From Streptosporangiales bacterium (GTDB taxonomy: Bacteria; Actinomycetota; Actinomycetes; Streptosporangiales; WHSR01): DNA of 64,000 nt. Positions within the stretch are counted from its first letter, which is position 1; each line of letters opens with the position of its first letter. Where the stretch lies: NCBI GenBank assembly GCA_009379995.1, contig WHSR01000009.1, positions 997-64,996 of the forward strand, written 5' to 3'. A program made the position numbers and the translations under genes. Below the pieces are notes generated by a model. The model was not told the DNA's origin. It was given only the letters and a program-made list of their open reading frames with translations, and made no database searches. Shown here piece after piece: positions 27,062-36,480 of the stretch.

Positions 27062-28162
27062 ATGCGCAGCCAGTTCCACGCCGAGAACGTCGGCAGCCTG
27101 CTCCGTCCCGCCGAGCTGCTGTCCGCCCGCGCCGACCACGGGGCCGGCCGCATCGACGACGAGGCGCTGCGAAAGGCCGAGGACCATGCGATCGAGCGCG
27201 CCATCGAGCTGCAGCGGGAGGTGGGCCTCGAGATCTACTCCGACGGCGAGTACCGACGGCTGTCCTTCCTGAGCACCCTGGCCGACGCGGTGGACGGCTT
27301 CACCGACGGGCACAGCAATCTGGCCTGGCGGGGCGACGACAGCCAGGAGGACAGGCGCAGCACGGCTAAGGTGGTCGGCGCCCCTATCCAGCAGCGTCGA
27401 CGCCTCAGCGCGCACGAGGTCCCGTTCCTCGCCGCGAACGCTCCCGGCCCGTACAAGGCGACCGTGCCGGACCCGACCCACTTCACCATCGCGAGCTGGC
27501 AGGCGGGTATCAGCGACCGCGCCTATCCGCGGCGGACCGACCTGCTACCGGACCTGACGAGGATCGTCCGCGCCGAGGTCGAGACGCTGATCGCCGACGG
27601 CGTGCCGTACGTCCAGCTCGACGCGCCGGGGCTGACGCTGCTGTGCGACGAGCGGGTTCGCGAGCAGTTGTCCGCCGACGGGACCGACCCCGACGCGCTG
27701 CTCGACGCCTGCATCGAGGCGGACCGGGCCTGTGTGGAAGGCCTGTCGCGCGACGGCGTGACGATCGCGATGCACCTGTGCCGGGGCAACTCGCGCGGCC
27801 GCTGGATCGGCGAGGCCGGCTACGACCGGCTCGCCGCCAAGCTCTTCCAAGGCGTGCCCGTGGACACCTGGCTGCTGGAGTACGACACCGAGCGCGCCGG
27901 CGACTTCACGCCGCTGCGGCACATGCCGCGCGGCGTGACCGTGGTGCTCGGATTGATCAGTACGAAGACCCCTCGGTTGGAGGACCCCGACGACTTGGCC
28001 CGACGCATCGAGGAGGCCGCCCGCTACGTGCCGGCGGAGGATCTGGCCCTCAGCCCGCAGTGCGGCTTCGCGTCCATCGCCAGCGGCAACCCGGTCACCT
28101 GGGACGACCAGCGCCGGAAGCTCGAACTCACGGTGAACACCGCACGTCTCGTCTGGGGCTAG
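27062..28162 (+). CDS. Cobalamin-independent methionine synthase II (MetE C-terminal domain-like) family protein
   Basis: MRSQFHAENVGSLLRPAELL..EIYSDGEYRR..LSPQCGFAS.. Confidence 0.85.
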   Translation: MRSQFHAENVGSLLRPAELLSARADHGAGRIDDEALRKAEDHAIERAIELQREVGLEIYSDGEYRRLSFLSTLADAVDGFTDGHSNLAWRGDDSQEDRRSTAKVVGAPIQQRRRLSAHEVPFLAANAPGPYKATVPDPTHFTIASWQAGISDRAYPRRTDLLPDLTRIVRAEVETLIADGVPYVQLDAPGLTLLCDERVREQLSADGTDPDALLDACIEADRACVEGLSRDGVTIAMHLCRGNSRGRWIGEAGYDRLAAKLFQGVPVDTWLLEYDTERAGDFTPLRHMPRGVTVVLGLISTKTPRLEDPDDLARRIEEAARYVPAEDLALSPQCGFASIASGNPVTWDDQRRKLELTVNTARLVWG

Positions 28163-28171
28163 GGCTCTCCT

Positions 28172-28236
28172 CGCCGAGATCTATGTTGTGGGGGTCGTTT
28201 TGTCCGATTCGCCCCCCCACAACATAGATCTCGGCG
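28172..28236. terminator. Long perfect hairpin (23-bp arms) between convergent genes
   Basis: CGCCGAGATCTATGTTGTGGGGG-19 nt-CCCCCACAACATAGATCTCGGCG. Confidence 0.65.
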
Positions 28237-28239
28237 GGG

Positions 28240-28629
28240 TCATCGTGCGTAGAGCTCGACGCTGGCGTAAGAGCCGCCGGCGGTCAGCTTCGCATCGCAG
28301 GTGACGAGAGGACAGTCAAGACCCTCGGCCAGCGCGACGAAACAGGTGTCGTAGGCGGTCACATTGGCGAAGAGGGCCCATGCGCGGGGCAGAAGGTCGG
28401 TGACCGGGTGTCGTTCGATCCGCAGAGACATGAAGTCGTCGAGCGCGGCATCGGCCTCCGCTCTGCCGAGCTTGCCGCCGAGGGTAAGGCCGCGGATGGC
28501 GTGCAGGAATTCGCCATCGATCAGGTGCGGGGCGTGGATCGTGGTGCCGGCGATCCGATCGAGAAGCGCCGGGTCCGGCCGCCGGGCCGCCAGTGCCTCC
28601 ACGACCGCGGAGGTGTCGACGACGATCAC
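28240..28629 (-). CDS. vapC: PIN-domain toxin VapC
   Basis: VIVVDTSAVVEAL..YDTCFVALAEGLDCPLVTCD.. GTG overlaps the antitoxin stop (GTGA). Confidence 0.9.
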   Translation of the reverse strand: MIVVDTSAVVEALAARRPDPALLDRIAGTTIHAPHLIDGEFLHAIRGLTLGGKLGRAEADAALDDFMSLRIERHPVTDLLPRAWALFANVTAYDTCFVALAEGLDCPLVTCDAKLTAGGSYASVELYAR

Positions 28630-28865
28630 CCCTCGCGCCTTTCGCGGATGATGGCGACGATGTCCTCGGTGGAGGCACCGCCACCCCCGCGACGACGTCG
28701 CTCGGCCGCTCGGTACAAGATCTCCGAATTCGATGGACGCCGGGTGATCTCGGTGAGGAGTTGGCGGACATAGGCGGACAAGGCCAGCCCCTGCTCGGCG
28801 GCCCTGGTGCGTAGCGCCGCGTAGGTGTCGTCGGGCAGGTCGCGAACCTGAAGCGTTTTCGCCAT
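28626..28865 (-). CDS. vapB: Ribbon-helix-helix (FitA/VapB-like) antitoxin
   Basis: MAKTLQVRDLPDDTYAALRTRAAEQGLALSAYVRQLL.. Confidence 0.85.
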   Translation of the reverse strand: MAKTLQVRDLPDDTYAALRTRAAEQGLALSAYVRQLLTEITRRPSNSEILYRAAERRRRGGGGASTEDIVAIIRERREG

Positions 28866-28877
28866 ACCCGCACCTTA

Positions 28878-28906
28878 GCATGCAATGCATGCAATGCATG
28901 CATTGC
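28878..28906. promoter_or_regulatory. Operator-like array: GCATGCAAT x2, then a 16-bp perfect palindrome GCAATGCATGCATTGC
   Basis: Read directly. Lies 13-40 nt upstream of the vapB start. Confidence 0.6.
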
Positions 28907-28908
28907 GG

Positions 28909-30324
28909 TTAGCCGCGGGTGAGGGCATCGAGGAAGCGGTCCGCCCACCTGTTGACGTCGTGTTCGAGTACGTGCCGGCGCAGCGTGCCCATGCGGCGGC
29001 CGAGCTCGGCGGGATCGGCGCGCAGCGCCCGCAGCAGCGTCTCCTTGAGACCGTCGATGTCGTGCGGGTTGACCAGGAAGGCCCGCCGCAGCTCGACGGC
29101 GGCGCCGGCGAACTCGCTGAGGACCAGGGCGCCGCGCCGGTCGTTCCGGCAGGCCACGTACTCCTTGGCGACGAGGTTCATCCCGTCCCGCAGCGGGGTG
29201 ACCACCATGACGTCCGCGGCGCAGTACATCGCGACGAGCTCGTCCTGGCTGTACGAAGTGTGCAGGTAGTGCACGACCGGGGTGCCCAGCCTGGAGCGCT
29301 CGCCGTTGATCCTGCCGATCTGCAGCTCGATCTCGTCCCGAAGCACCCGGTACTGCTCCACCCGTTCCCGGCTGGGCGTGGCGATCTGGACGAAGGCGAC
29401 CTCGCTGGATTTGATCTTTCCCTCGGCCAGCAGCTCATCAAAGGCCGTCAGCCGGTGCCGGAGGCCCTTGGTGTAGTCCAGCCGGTCCACCCCGAGCAGC
29501 AGCTTGGCGGGATCGCCCAGCTCGGCCCGGATCTCCCGGGCCCGCTGCATCGTCTCCGGCCGTCCGGCCAGCTCGCTCAGCCTGGCGGAATCCACAGAGA
29601 TCGGAAATGCCTGGGCCCGTACCACCCGATGGTCGGCGAAAATGCGGTCGCGGCGGTAGCCGTAGCCGAGGAGCCGGCGGCACAGCCGGATGAAGTTGGT
29701 CGCCGCGCCGGTGCGCTGGAAACCAACGAGGTCCGCGCCGAGCAACCCCTCCAGGATCTGCGTGCGCCAGGGCAACTGCTGGAACAGCTCGTCCGGCGGG
29801 AAGGGGATGTGCAGGAAGAACCCGATCCGCACGTCGGGCCGCAGCTCCCGAAGCATCGCCGGCACCAGCTGCAGCTGGTAGTCCTGCACCCAGACCAGGG
29901 CACGCTCCTCGGCGACCTCGGCGGCGGCCTCGGCGAACCGCCGGTTCACCCGCACGTAGGCGTCCCAGAACTGCCGCTCGTACACCGCCGGCACGATGAC
30001 GTCGTGGTACAACGGCCACAGCGTCGAGTTCGAAAACCCCTCGTAGTACTCCGCCACGTCACGCGCGGTCAGCGACACCGGGACCAGGGTCGTCCCGTCC
30101 TGGGTGAAAGGTTGCGGCGCCTCGCCGGGTATGCCGGACCAGCCCACCCACGCGCCGCCGCCGCGGCGCATGACCGGCTCCAGCGCGGCCACCAGACCTC
30201 CCGGGCTGCGGCGCCAGGACTGGGTGCCGTCCGGTTCGGTGACCCGGTCGACGGGCAGCCGGTTCGCCACGACGAGGAGAGAACGCCCACCGGCCGTGCT
30301 CACGCCGGCATTCCCCACGTGCAC
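28909..30324 (-). CDS. otsA: Alpha,alpha-trehalose-phosphate synthase (GT20)
   Basis: ..[56 protein letters not shown].. Start uncertain (GTG 30324, 30318 or 30303). Confidence 0.9.
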   Translation of the reverse strand: MHVGNAGVSTAGGRSLLVVANRLPVDRVTEPDGTQSWRRSPGGLVAALEPVMRRGGGAWVGWSGIPGEAPQPFTQDGTTLVPVSLTARDVAEYYEGFSNSTLWPLYHDVIVPAVYERQFWDAYVRVNRRFAEAAAEVAEERALVWVQDYQLQLVPAMLRELRPDVRIGFFLHIPFPPDELFQQLPWRTQILEGLLGADLVGFQRTGAATNFIRLCRRLLGYGYRRDRIFADHRVVRAQAFPISVDSARLSELAGRPETMQRAREIRAELGDPAKLLLGVDRLDYTKGLRHRLTAFDELLAEGKIKSSEVAFVQIATPSRERVEQYRVLRDEIELQIGRINGERSRLGTPVVHYLHTSYSQDELVAMYCAADVMVVTPLRDGMNLVAKEYVACRNDRRGALVLSEFAGAAVELRRAFLVNPHDIDGLKETLLRALRADPAELGRRMGTLRRHVLEHDVNRWADRFLDALTRG

Positions 30325-30341
30325 ACCGCCTTTCGCACCAA

Positions 30342-30588
30342 CGACTGACCCGCTGTGTCTATCCTCTCCTGCCCGCCGAAGAATGCGCCTCACTGGCCGA
30401 TCGGATCTGGGACCTGCGGGACACCCTCGGTGCATACGACGCCGCGTACGCGGCGCTCGCCGAAACGCTCGGATGTCCGCTGGTGACCTGCGACAGCGGC
30501 TTCACGGGGGCGGATCATCGCGGCCGTGGAGTACTACCGGCCCTCGTAGATAGGCGTCTGGACGAGGACGGCCCCACGCTGCCCTAGG
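30342..30588 (+). pseudogene. 5'-truncated PIN-domain (VapC) remnant without an antitoxin
   Basis: ..[46 protein letters not shown].. No start codon or N-terminal half. A likelier C-terminus (..RIIAAVEYYRPS*) lies in another frame. Confidence 0.5.
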
Positions 30589-30597
30589 GTTGGTCCC

Positions 30598-33594
30598 GTG
30601 CTCACCATGCAAGAGGCCTTGATTAGGTTGACGGAATACTGGGCCGCCCAGGGGTGCCTGGTCGCCCAGCCAATGAATACCGAGGTCGGCGCCGGAACGC
30701 TGAACCCGGCGACCGCGCTGCGGGTGCTCGGCCCGGAGCCGTGGCGGGTGGGGTACGTGGAGCCGAGCGTGCGGCCAGACGACTCCCGGTACGGTGACAA
30801 CCCCAACCGGCTGCAGACCCACACCCAGTACCAGGTCATCCTCAAGCCGGAGCCCGGCAACGCGCAGGATCTCTACCTGGGCAGCCTGCGCGCCCTCGGC
30901 ATCGACATCGAGGCGCACGACGTCCGGTTCGTGGAGGACAACTGGGCTTCGCCGGCGCTCGGCGCCTGGGGTCTGGGGTGGGAGGTCTGGCTCGACGGGC
31001 TGGAGATCACCCAGTTCACGTACTTCCAGCAGTCCGGCGGCCTCACCCTCGACCCGGTGTCGGTGGAGATCACCTACGGCATGGAGCGCATCGTGATGGC
31101 GCTGCAGCGGGTCACCCACTTCGCCGACATCGGATACGCGCCGGGGATCAGCTACGGCGAGGTGTTCGGCCAGAGCGAGTACGAGATGAGCCGGTACTAC
31201 CTCGACGACGCCGACATCGAGACGAACCGGCGGCTGTTCGAGGCCTACGAGGCGGAGGCGGCGCGGATGCTGGCCGCCCGGCTGCCGGTACCCGCGCATG
31301 GCTACGTCCTCAAGTGCTCGCACGCGTTCAACGTGCTCGACTCCAGGGGCGCGATCGGCACCGCCGAACGGGCCCGGGCGTTCGCCCGGATGCGTAACCT
31401 CGCCCACGAGGTCGCCGAGCTGTGGGTGGAACGCCGCCGCGAGCTCGGCCATCCGCTGGGCACCGCCGCGAGCGAGCCGACGCCGGCACCCGCGCAGTCC
31501 GTCGACTACCCGACCATCAATTCCCCGGCACCGCTGGCGTTCGAGATCGGCACCGAGGAACTGCCGCCGGACGAGGTGGACCGCTCCGCCGAGGCCGTAC
31601 GGGACCTGCTGGCCGACAAGCTGGCCGCCACCCGGCTGGGCCGCGGCGACATCCACGTCGTCTCCTCCCCGCGGCGCATCGTCGCGCTCGTCGACGGCGT
31701 GCAGCCGCGCGAGGAGGACTTCGAGCAGACGGTACGGGGACCGCGGGCGTCGGCCGCCTACGACGCGGACGGCAAGCCGACCAAGGCCGCCCAGGGGTTC
31801 GCCCGCGCCCAGGGGGTGGACGTTGCCGAGCTGCAGCGGCTCAGCCTGGACGGCGGCGAATACGTCGGCGTGGTACGGCAGGTGGCCGGGCGGCCCGCGG
31901 CCGAGGTGCTCGCCGCGGTGCTGCCCGAGGTGGTGTCCGACCTGCGGGCGGAAAAGAACATGCGCTGGACCGCCCCAGGCGTGTCGTACAGCAGGCCGAT
32001 CCGGTGGCTGCTGGCCCTGCTCGGCGACCAGGTGGTGCCGTTGGGCGCGGCCGGGCTGGAAAGTGGTCGCATCACCCGGGTGCACCGCACCGCGGACCGG
32101 CCGTTCGTCGAGGTGGCGTCCGCCGAGGGCTACCTGGACACGCTGCGGGGGTACGGGATCGTCGCCGACGCCGCGACACGTCGCGAGCTGATCGTCGCGC
32201 AGGCGACCGAGGTCGCGGCGGACGTCGGCGGCGTCATCGACGTCCCCGGCGAGCGCGCGGTGCTGGACGAGATCACCAACCTGGTGGAGGAGCCGGTCGC
32301 CATCCTCGGCGGCTTCGAGGAGAAGTACCTGACCTTGCCCGGCGACATCCTCACCACCGTGATGAAGAAGCACCAGCGCTACCTGCCGGTGCGCGACTCG
32401 TCCGGGAAGCTGATGCCGTACTTCGTGGCGGTGGCGAACGGCGCGTGCGACCGCGACCTGGTACGGGCCGGCAACGAGGCGGTGCTGCAGGCCCGTTACG
32501 AGGACGCGTCCTTCTTCTGGGTCAACGACCTGCGCACGCCGCCCGAGCGGACCGCCGAAGGGCTGGCCAAGCTCACCTTCACCGAACAGCTCGGCTCGAT
32601 GGCCGACCGGGCCTCCCGGATCCGGGCCATCGCGGCGGAGCTCGCCGACCGCGTCAACCTCGACGGTGCCGAACGGGCCACCCTGGAGCGGGCCGGGCGG
32701 CTGGCCAAGTTCGACCTCGCCTCGGAGATGGTGATCGAGCTGTCCAGCCTCGCCGGTGTGATGGCCCGCGAGTACGCCCGCCGCGCGGGTGAGTCCGAGG
32801 CGGTCGCCGAGGCGCTGTTCGAGATGGAGCTGCCGCGGTTCTCCGGCGACATGCTGCCCGCGACCCTGCCCGGCGCCCTGCTGTCCCTCGCCGACCGGCT
32901 CGACCTGCTCGCCGGTCTGTTCGCGGTGGGCGCGGTGCCGTCCGGCAGCTCCGACCCGTTCGGGCTGCGCCGCGCGGCCCTCGGCCTCACCGCCCTGCTC
33001 CGTACCCAGCCGCGGCTGGCGGCGGTCACCGTCGACGACGGCCTCGCCGTCGCGGGCCGGCACCAGCCGGTCGAGCTGACCGAACGGGCCACCGAAGAGG
33101 TCATCGAGGAGGGCGCCGGATTCGTCGCCCGGCGGTTCGAGCAGTACCTGCTGGATGCCGGCCATCCGGTGCACGTGGTACGGGCCGTGCTCCCGCTCGC
33201 CGACACCCCGGCCCGCGCCGAGCAGACCGCTGCCGAGCTGGAGAAGCTCCTGGGCGACCCGCAGTTCGAGCGACTGACCACCGCGCTCGGCCGGGTGCTG
33301 CGCATCCTGCCCGCGGACTCACCGGCGGGCTACGACCCAGCGCGGTTCGAGGAGCCGGCCGAGCAACGGCTGGCCGAGGCCGCCAAGCGGGTCGGCGAGG
33401 ATCTGGCGGGACGCACGGTGAGCCTGCCGGAGTTCGCCGCGGCGGCGCGCGTCCTGGTCGAGCCGATCGACGCGTTCTTCGACCGGGTCCTCGTCATGGC
33501 CGAGGACCCGGAGGTCCGGACGAACCGCCTCGGCCTGCTCGCGGCCATCCGGGACCTCGTCGCCGGCCGCCTCGACTGGCGCGAGGTCACCTGA
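30598..33594 (+). CDS. glyQS: Glycine--tRNA ligase, fused alpha (GlyQ) and beta (GlyS) subunits, 998 aa
   Basis: N-terminus MLTMQEALIRLTEYWAAQGC..NPNRLQTHTQYQVILKP..GWEVWLDGLEITQFTYFQ (GlyQ). Linker, then LAFEIGTEELPPDEV.. through ..RLGLLAAI.. (GlyS). Confidence 0.9.
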   Translation: MLTMQEALIRLTEYWAAQGCLVAQPMNTEVGAGTLNPATALRVLGPEPWRVGYVEPSVRPDDSRYGDNPNRLQTHTQYQVILKPEPGNAQDLYLGSLRALGIDIEAHDVRFVEDNWASPALGAWGLGWEVWLDGLEITQFTYFQQSGGLTLDPVSVEITYGMERIVMALQRVTHFADIGYAPGISYGEVFGQSEYEMSRYYLDDADIETNRRLFEAYEAEAARMLAARLPVPAHGYVLKCSHAFNVLDSRGAIGTAERARAFARMRNLAHEVAELWVERRRELGHPLGTAASEPTPAPAQSVDYPTINSPAPLAFEIGTEELPPDEVDRSAEAVRDLLADKLAATRLGRGDIHVVSSPRRIVALVDGVQPREEDFEQTVRGPRASAAYDADGKPTKAAQGFARAQGVDVAELQRLSLDGGEYVGVVRQVAGRPAAEVLAAVLPEVVSDLRAEKNMRWTAPGVSYSRPIRWLLALLGDQVVPLGAAGLESGRITRVHRTADRPFVEVASAEGYLDTLRGYGIVADAATRRELIVAQATEVAADVGGVIDVPGERAVLDEITNLVEEPVAILGGFEEKYLTLPGDILTTVMKKHQRYLPVRDSSGKLMPYFVAVANGACDRDLVRAGNEAVLQARYEDASFFWVNDLRTPPERTAEGLAKLTFTEQLGSMADRASRIRAIAAELADRVNLDGAERATLERAGRLAKFDLASEMVIELSSLAGVMAREYARRAGESEAVAEALFEMELPRFSGDMLPATLPGALLSLADRLDLLAGLFAVGAVPSGSSDPFGLRRAALGLTALLRTQPRLAAVTVDDGLAVAGRHQPVELTERATEEVIEEGAGFVARRFEQYLLDAGHPVHVVRAVLPLADTPARAEQTAAELEKLLGDPQFERLTTALGRVLRILPADSPAGYDPARFEEPAEQRLAEAAKRVGEDLAGRTVSLPEFAAAARVLVEPIDAFFDRVLVMAEDPEVRTNRLGLLAAIRDLVAGRLDWREVT

Positions 33595-33763
33595 CCGGGC
33601 CGCGGCAGCCCAACGTTTCCCGGCCGAACCTGCCCAGCAACACCCGGTGAGGACGTGGATATCACTTGCCTCCTCACCGCCGTTTCACTTCCATTGACCC
33701 GACCAAAGACCCGCCCAGTAAGTACTGGCCACGGTAGGCACAATGCCGCCAACGATGGACCTG

Positions 33764-34924
33764 TCAGGACGTGAGCAGGTGGGCGTTGATCTCCCGTACC
33801 CGGTCGGCGAGGTCCGAGAGCTCGACGACCTCGACGCCCGCGTCGCTCAGATTCCTCGCCCCCCGGGGGTCGACGAAGATCGCGGGTTCCCGCCAGGCGA
33901 AGACGACTCGGCGGATGCCCGCGGCCAGGATGAGCTCAGTGCAGCTGCGCGGCCGGGAGGCCCGGCTGCTGCACGGCTCTAGCGAGCTGTAGAGCGTCGC
34001 CCCGGCGAGACGGGGGTCGGCCGGGGCGACCTTGGTCAGCGCGGCCTCCTCGGCGTGGTCGCGCGGGTCGCGTTCGCGCGAGTACCCGGTGGCCACGACT
34101 CCGTCCGCGTCGACGATGATCGCGCCGACGGAGAACGCGGTCGTCGAGGGCGGGCAGTTCCGGGACAGCTCGATCGCCTTGCGGAGCCACAGCCGGTCGG
34201 CCTGCGTCGGGTCGGCGGCCGCGTCGGTCATCGCCACGACCTCGTGGGCCGGCCCCAGCAGGTAGCGCAGCAGCAGCACGTCACCCATCCGGCGGACCTC
34301 GGCCAGCCGCATCGGGTCTGCCGGGCCGTGCGGAAAGGAGCCGGGGCCGGTGAGGCGCGGTGCCGCCGGATCGCCGACGAAGAAGGGCGCGATCGCCAGA
34401 TGCAGCTCGTCGGCCAGCCCGGCGGTCAGGAACTGGGTGAGCGTACGGGTCCCGCCCTCGACCATCAGCCGGCGCACGCCGCGGCGAGCCAGGTCGGCGA
34501 GGACGGTTCGCAGGTCGAGGGGGTCACCGGCGTCCACAAGGGTCGCGACGTCGGACAGGACCTTCCGGGTCTTCTCGACCGCCGGGCGCGCACAGTACAC
34601 GAGCTTTTCGGCATCCCCGAGGGCGAAGAACCGGGCCGCCTGATCCAGGTCGCCGTCGCCGGTCAGGGTGACCTTGATGGGGTTCTCCGGCAGGCCGCGG
34701 GCGGCCCGCGCCTCGCGGCGGGCCGCGGAGCGGACCAGCAATCGGGGATCGTCCCGGCGTACGGTGCCCGCGCCGACCAAGATCGCGTCGCAACCGGCTC
34801 GGACCTCATCGACCCGGTCCAGGTCCTCGTCGTTGGACAGCAGCAGCCGAGCCTCGCCCGCGTCGTCGATGTACCCGTCCACCGAGACCGCACAGGACAC
34901 CAGCACGTAGGGGCGCTCGACCAC
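33764..34924 (-). CDS. RibD-like bifunctional protein with inverted domain order (N-terminal reductase, C-terminal deaminase)
   Basis: N-terminus ..YVLVSCAVSVDGYIDD..ILVGAGTVRRDDPRL..RLMVEGGTRTLTQFL.. (RibD_C). C-terminus ..HAEEAAL..LEPCSSRASRPRSC.. (RibD-type Zn deaminase motif). Confidence 0.8.
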   Translation of the reverse strand: MVERPYVLVSCAVSVDGYIDDAGEARLLLSNDEDLDRVDEVRAGCDAILVGAGTVRRDDPRLLVRSAARREARAARGLPENPIKVTLTGDGDLDQAARFFALGDAEKLVYCARPAVEKTRKVLSDVATLVDAGDPLDLRTVLADLARRGVRRLMVEGGTRTLTQFLTAGLADELHLAIAPFFVGDPAAPRLTGPGSFPHGPADPMRLAEVRRMGDVLLLRYLLGPAHEVVAMTDAAADPTQADRLWLRKAIELSRNCPPSTTAFSVGAIIVDADGVVATGYSRERDPRDHAEEAALTKVAPADPRLAGATLYSSLEPCSSRASRPRSCTELILAAGIRRVVFAWREPAIFVDPRGARNLSDAGVEVVELSDLADRVREINAHLLTS

Positions 34925-35328
34925 TAGGAAGCTTCACCACCCGGCGTTGTGATCACGAGCCCCTGGTTCTTGGCGGCGGGGGCAAGGCGCCGGTCGTAGG
35001 TGACGAAGGCCTCGACGTCGCCGCGTAGCTGCAGCGCGGTGGCCAGGTGAATCGCGTCGAGAGTGCGCAGATGCGGATCTGGAAATCGGCTCGCGACCTC
35101 GACCAACGCGCGGGTGATGGCGACCTGACCGACACGGGTCAGCAGCAAGTCCGCTCGCGATATCTGGGAGGGGTCCTCTCGCAAGACGGCCCGCCGTGTC
35201 TCCACGGTCAGCAAGACGCTCGACACTAAGGCGGCGTCCCTCCGCTCGGCGAGGAAATGCTGGAGCGCCTCGCTCTCCGGCTCCGCCCACACGAGCTTCA
35301 CGAACGCCGAGGTGTCGACGTAGATCAC
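34924..35328 (-). CDS. vapC: PIN-domain toxin VapC
   Basis: MIYVDTSAFVKLV..LRTLDAIHLATAL..FVTYDRRL.. Confidence 0.9.
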   Translation of the reverse strand: MIYVDTSAFVKLVWAEPESEALQHFLAERRDAALVSSVLLTVETRRAVLREDPSQISRADLLLTRVGQVAITRALVEVASRFPDPHLRTLDAIHLATALQLRGDVEAFVTYDRRLAPAAKNQGLVITTPGGEAS

Positions 35329-35606
35329 CAGCGTTCCTCGTCACGCGATTCTTGGACGACATCGCTGAGCGGGCGCCGCCCCGCAGGTGCTGGAGGTGGG
35401 GGGAGCAGGTCGAGGATCCCTCCGACCGGAGGAGTGTAGTCGCCCACGGCCTCGAGTCGATCGAGAAACGTCGACGAATCATCGGCAGGGACAAGGTAGG
35501 CCACGAGCTTGCCACGCTCGGTCACCGCCACTCGATGACCCTTCTTGGCCATCCGGACGTAGCGGGAGGCGTGCTGGCGCAGCTCACGGATGCCGATGGA
35601 AACCAC
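35325..35606 (-). CDS. Phd/YefM-type antitoxin
   Basis: MVSIGIRELRQHASRYVRMAKKGHRVAVTERGKLVAYLVP.. ATGA overlap with vapC. Confidence 0.85.
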   Translation of the reverse strand: MVSIGIRELRQHASRYVRMAKKGHRVAVTERGKLVAYLVPADDSSTFLDRLEAVGDYTPPVGGILDLLPPPPAPAGRRPLSDVVQESRDEERW

Positions 35607-35648
35607 GAGGCAAATGTAGCACCAAAATGCTACATCGCGGGAGCGGCG

Positions 35649-36359
35649 TCAGGCGAGGCAGCGCAGCGCCTCGCGGAGGGTCGGCCCCAACGGGTGGTCG
35701 GCGGGAAGCCTGTCCACCGTGGCCTCGACGAAGTCCCGCTCGGGCAGCTCGGCTTCCGTGCCGTCGAGCCGGACCCGGTAGCCGTCGCCGGCCGGTTCGA
35801 CCCGCGCGGACGAGCCCGCCTCGTCGAGTGCGAAGCGGCCGAAGCGGGCCCGCCAGCGGGTTCGTCCCGGCTCCTCGTCCCGTTGCACGGGTACGCCCAC
35901 GTCGTCGGCGTGCGTGGCGAACTCCGAGGCGTAGTGGAAGGTCTGCAGCCCGACCGGGTACTGGCCGACGAACGTCTGCAGCTCGGCGCCCCGGCCCCGC
36001 TCCCGCATCCGCCGGCGGGTCTCCGCGTTCGCCGCGCGCCATTCCTCGAGGACGCGACCAACCGGCAGGTCGCGACGTTGCCGTACGCACCACTCGTTGA
36101 AGTCGGCAAGCCCGCCCCCGGTGAGACCCTCGGCGGCCAGCCGGTTGAAGAGGCCCTGCACGTCGTCGTCCAGGCAGGCGTGGTTGTACGCCTCCTCGCC
36201 GGCGAGATGGGCGAGCACGTCCCGAACCGACCACCCGGCGCAGCGGGACGGACGGTCCCACTCGGCCCCGTCCAGCGACGCGAAGAACCGGTCGAGGCGC
36301 TCCGCCTCGGCGTCGAAGATGTCGAAGGGGTCGAGGTCCCGCAGCTCTGACGCGTCCAT
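35649..36359 (-). CDS. Maleylpyruvate isomerase family mycothiol-dependent enzyme (DinB/MDMPI_N)
   Basis: From ATG 36359: ..DRFFASLDGAEWDRPSRCAGWSVRDVLAHLAG.. Confidence 0.8.
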   Translation of the reverse strand: MDASELRDLDPFDIFDAEAERLDRFFASLDGAEWDRPSRCAGWSVRDVLAHLAGEEAYNHACLDDDVQGLFNRLAAEGLTGGGLADFNEWCVRQRRDLPVGRVLEEWRAANAETRRRMRERGRGAELQTFVGQYPVGLQTFHYASEFATHADDVGVPVQRDEEPGRTRWRARFGRFALDEAGSSARVEPAGDGYRVRLDGTEAELPERDFVEATVDRLPADHPLGPTLREALRCLA

Positions 36360-36480
36360 GGCGGCTCCTTCCCGGTCGCGGCCAACGCCAGTCCGAGCCG
36401 TACCCGACCACGCCGCCCCGCCAACGCGGGCGCGCCAACGCGGGCCGTACGCCCGATCGCCGCGCAGGTAGGACGCCGGG

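Noticed and set aside
30502-33174. Very long ORFs antisense to, or out of frame with, clear genes (e.g. 30502..33174 890 aa, 8576..10741 721 aa, upstream 740 aa of 36996..40682, 45070..47817 915 aa, 11360..13228 622 aa)
   Set aside because: These are typical GC-rich shadow ORFs. Their products are Arg/Pro/Gly/Ala low-complexity sequences overlapping genes with strong family signatures. Only their homologous sub-segments were annotated.
33646-33678. GGTGAGGA-17 nt-TCCTCACC hairpin between glyQS and the RibD-like gene as a terminator
   Set aside because: It has only an 8-bp stem with a large loop and no U tract. It is much weaker than the long perfect palindromes at other convergent junctions.
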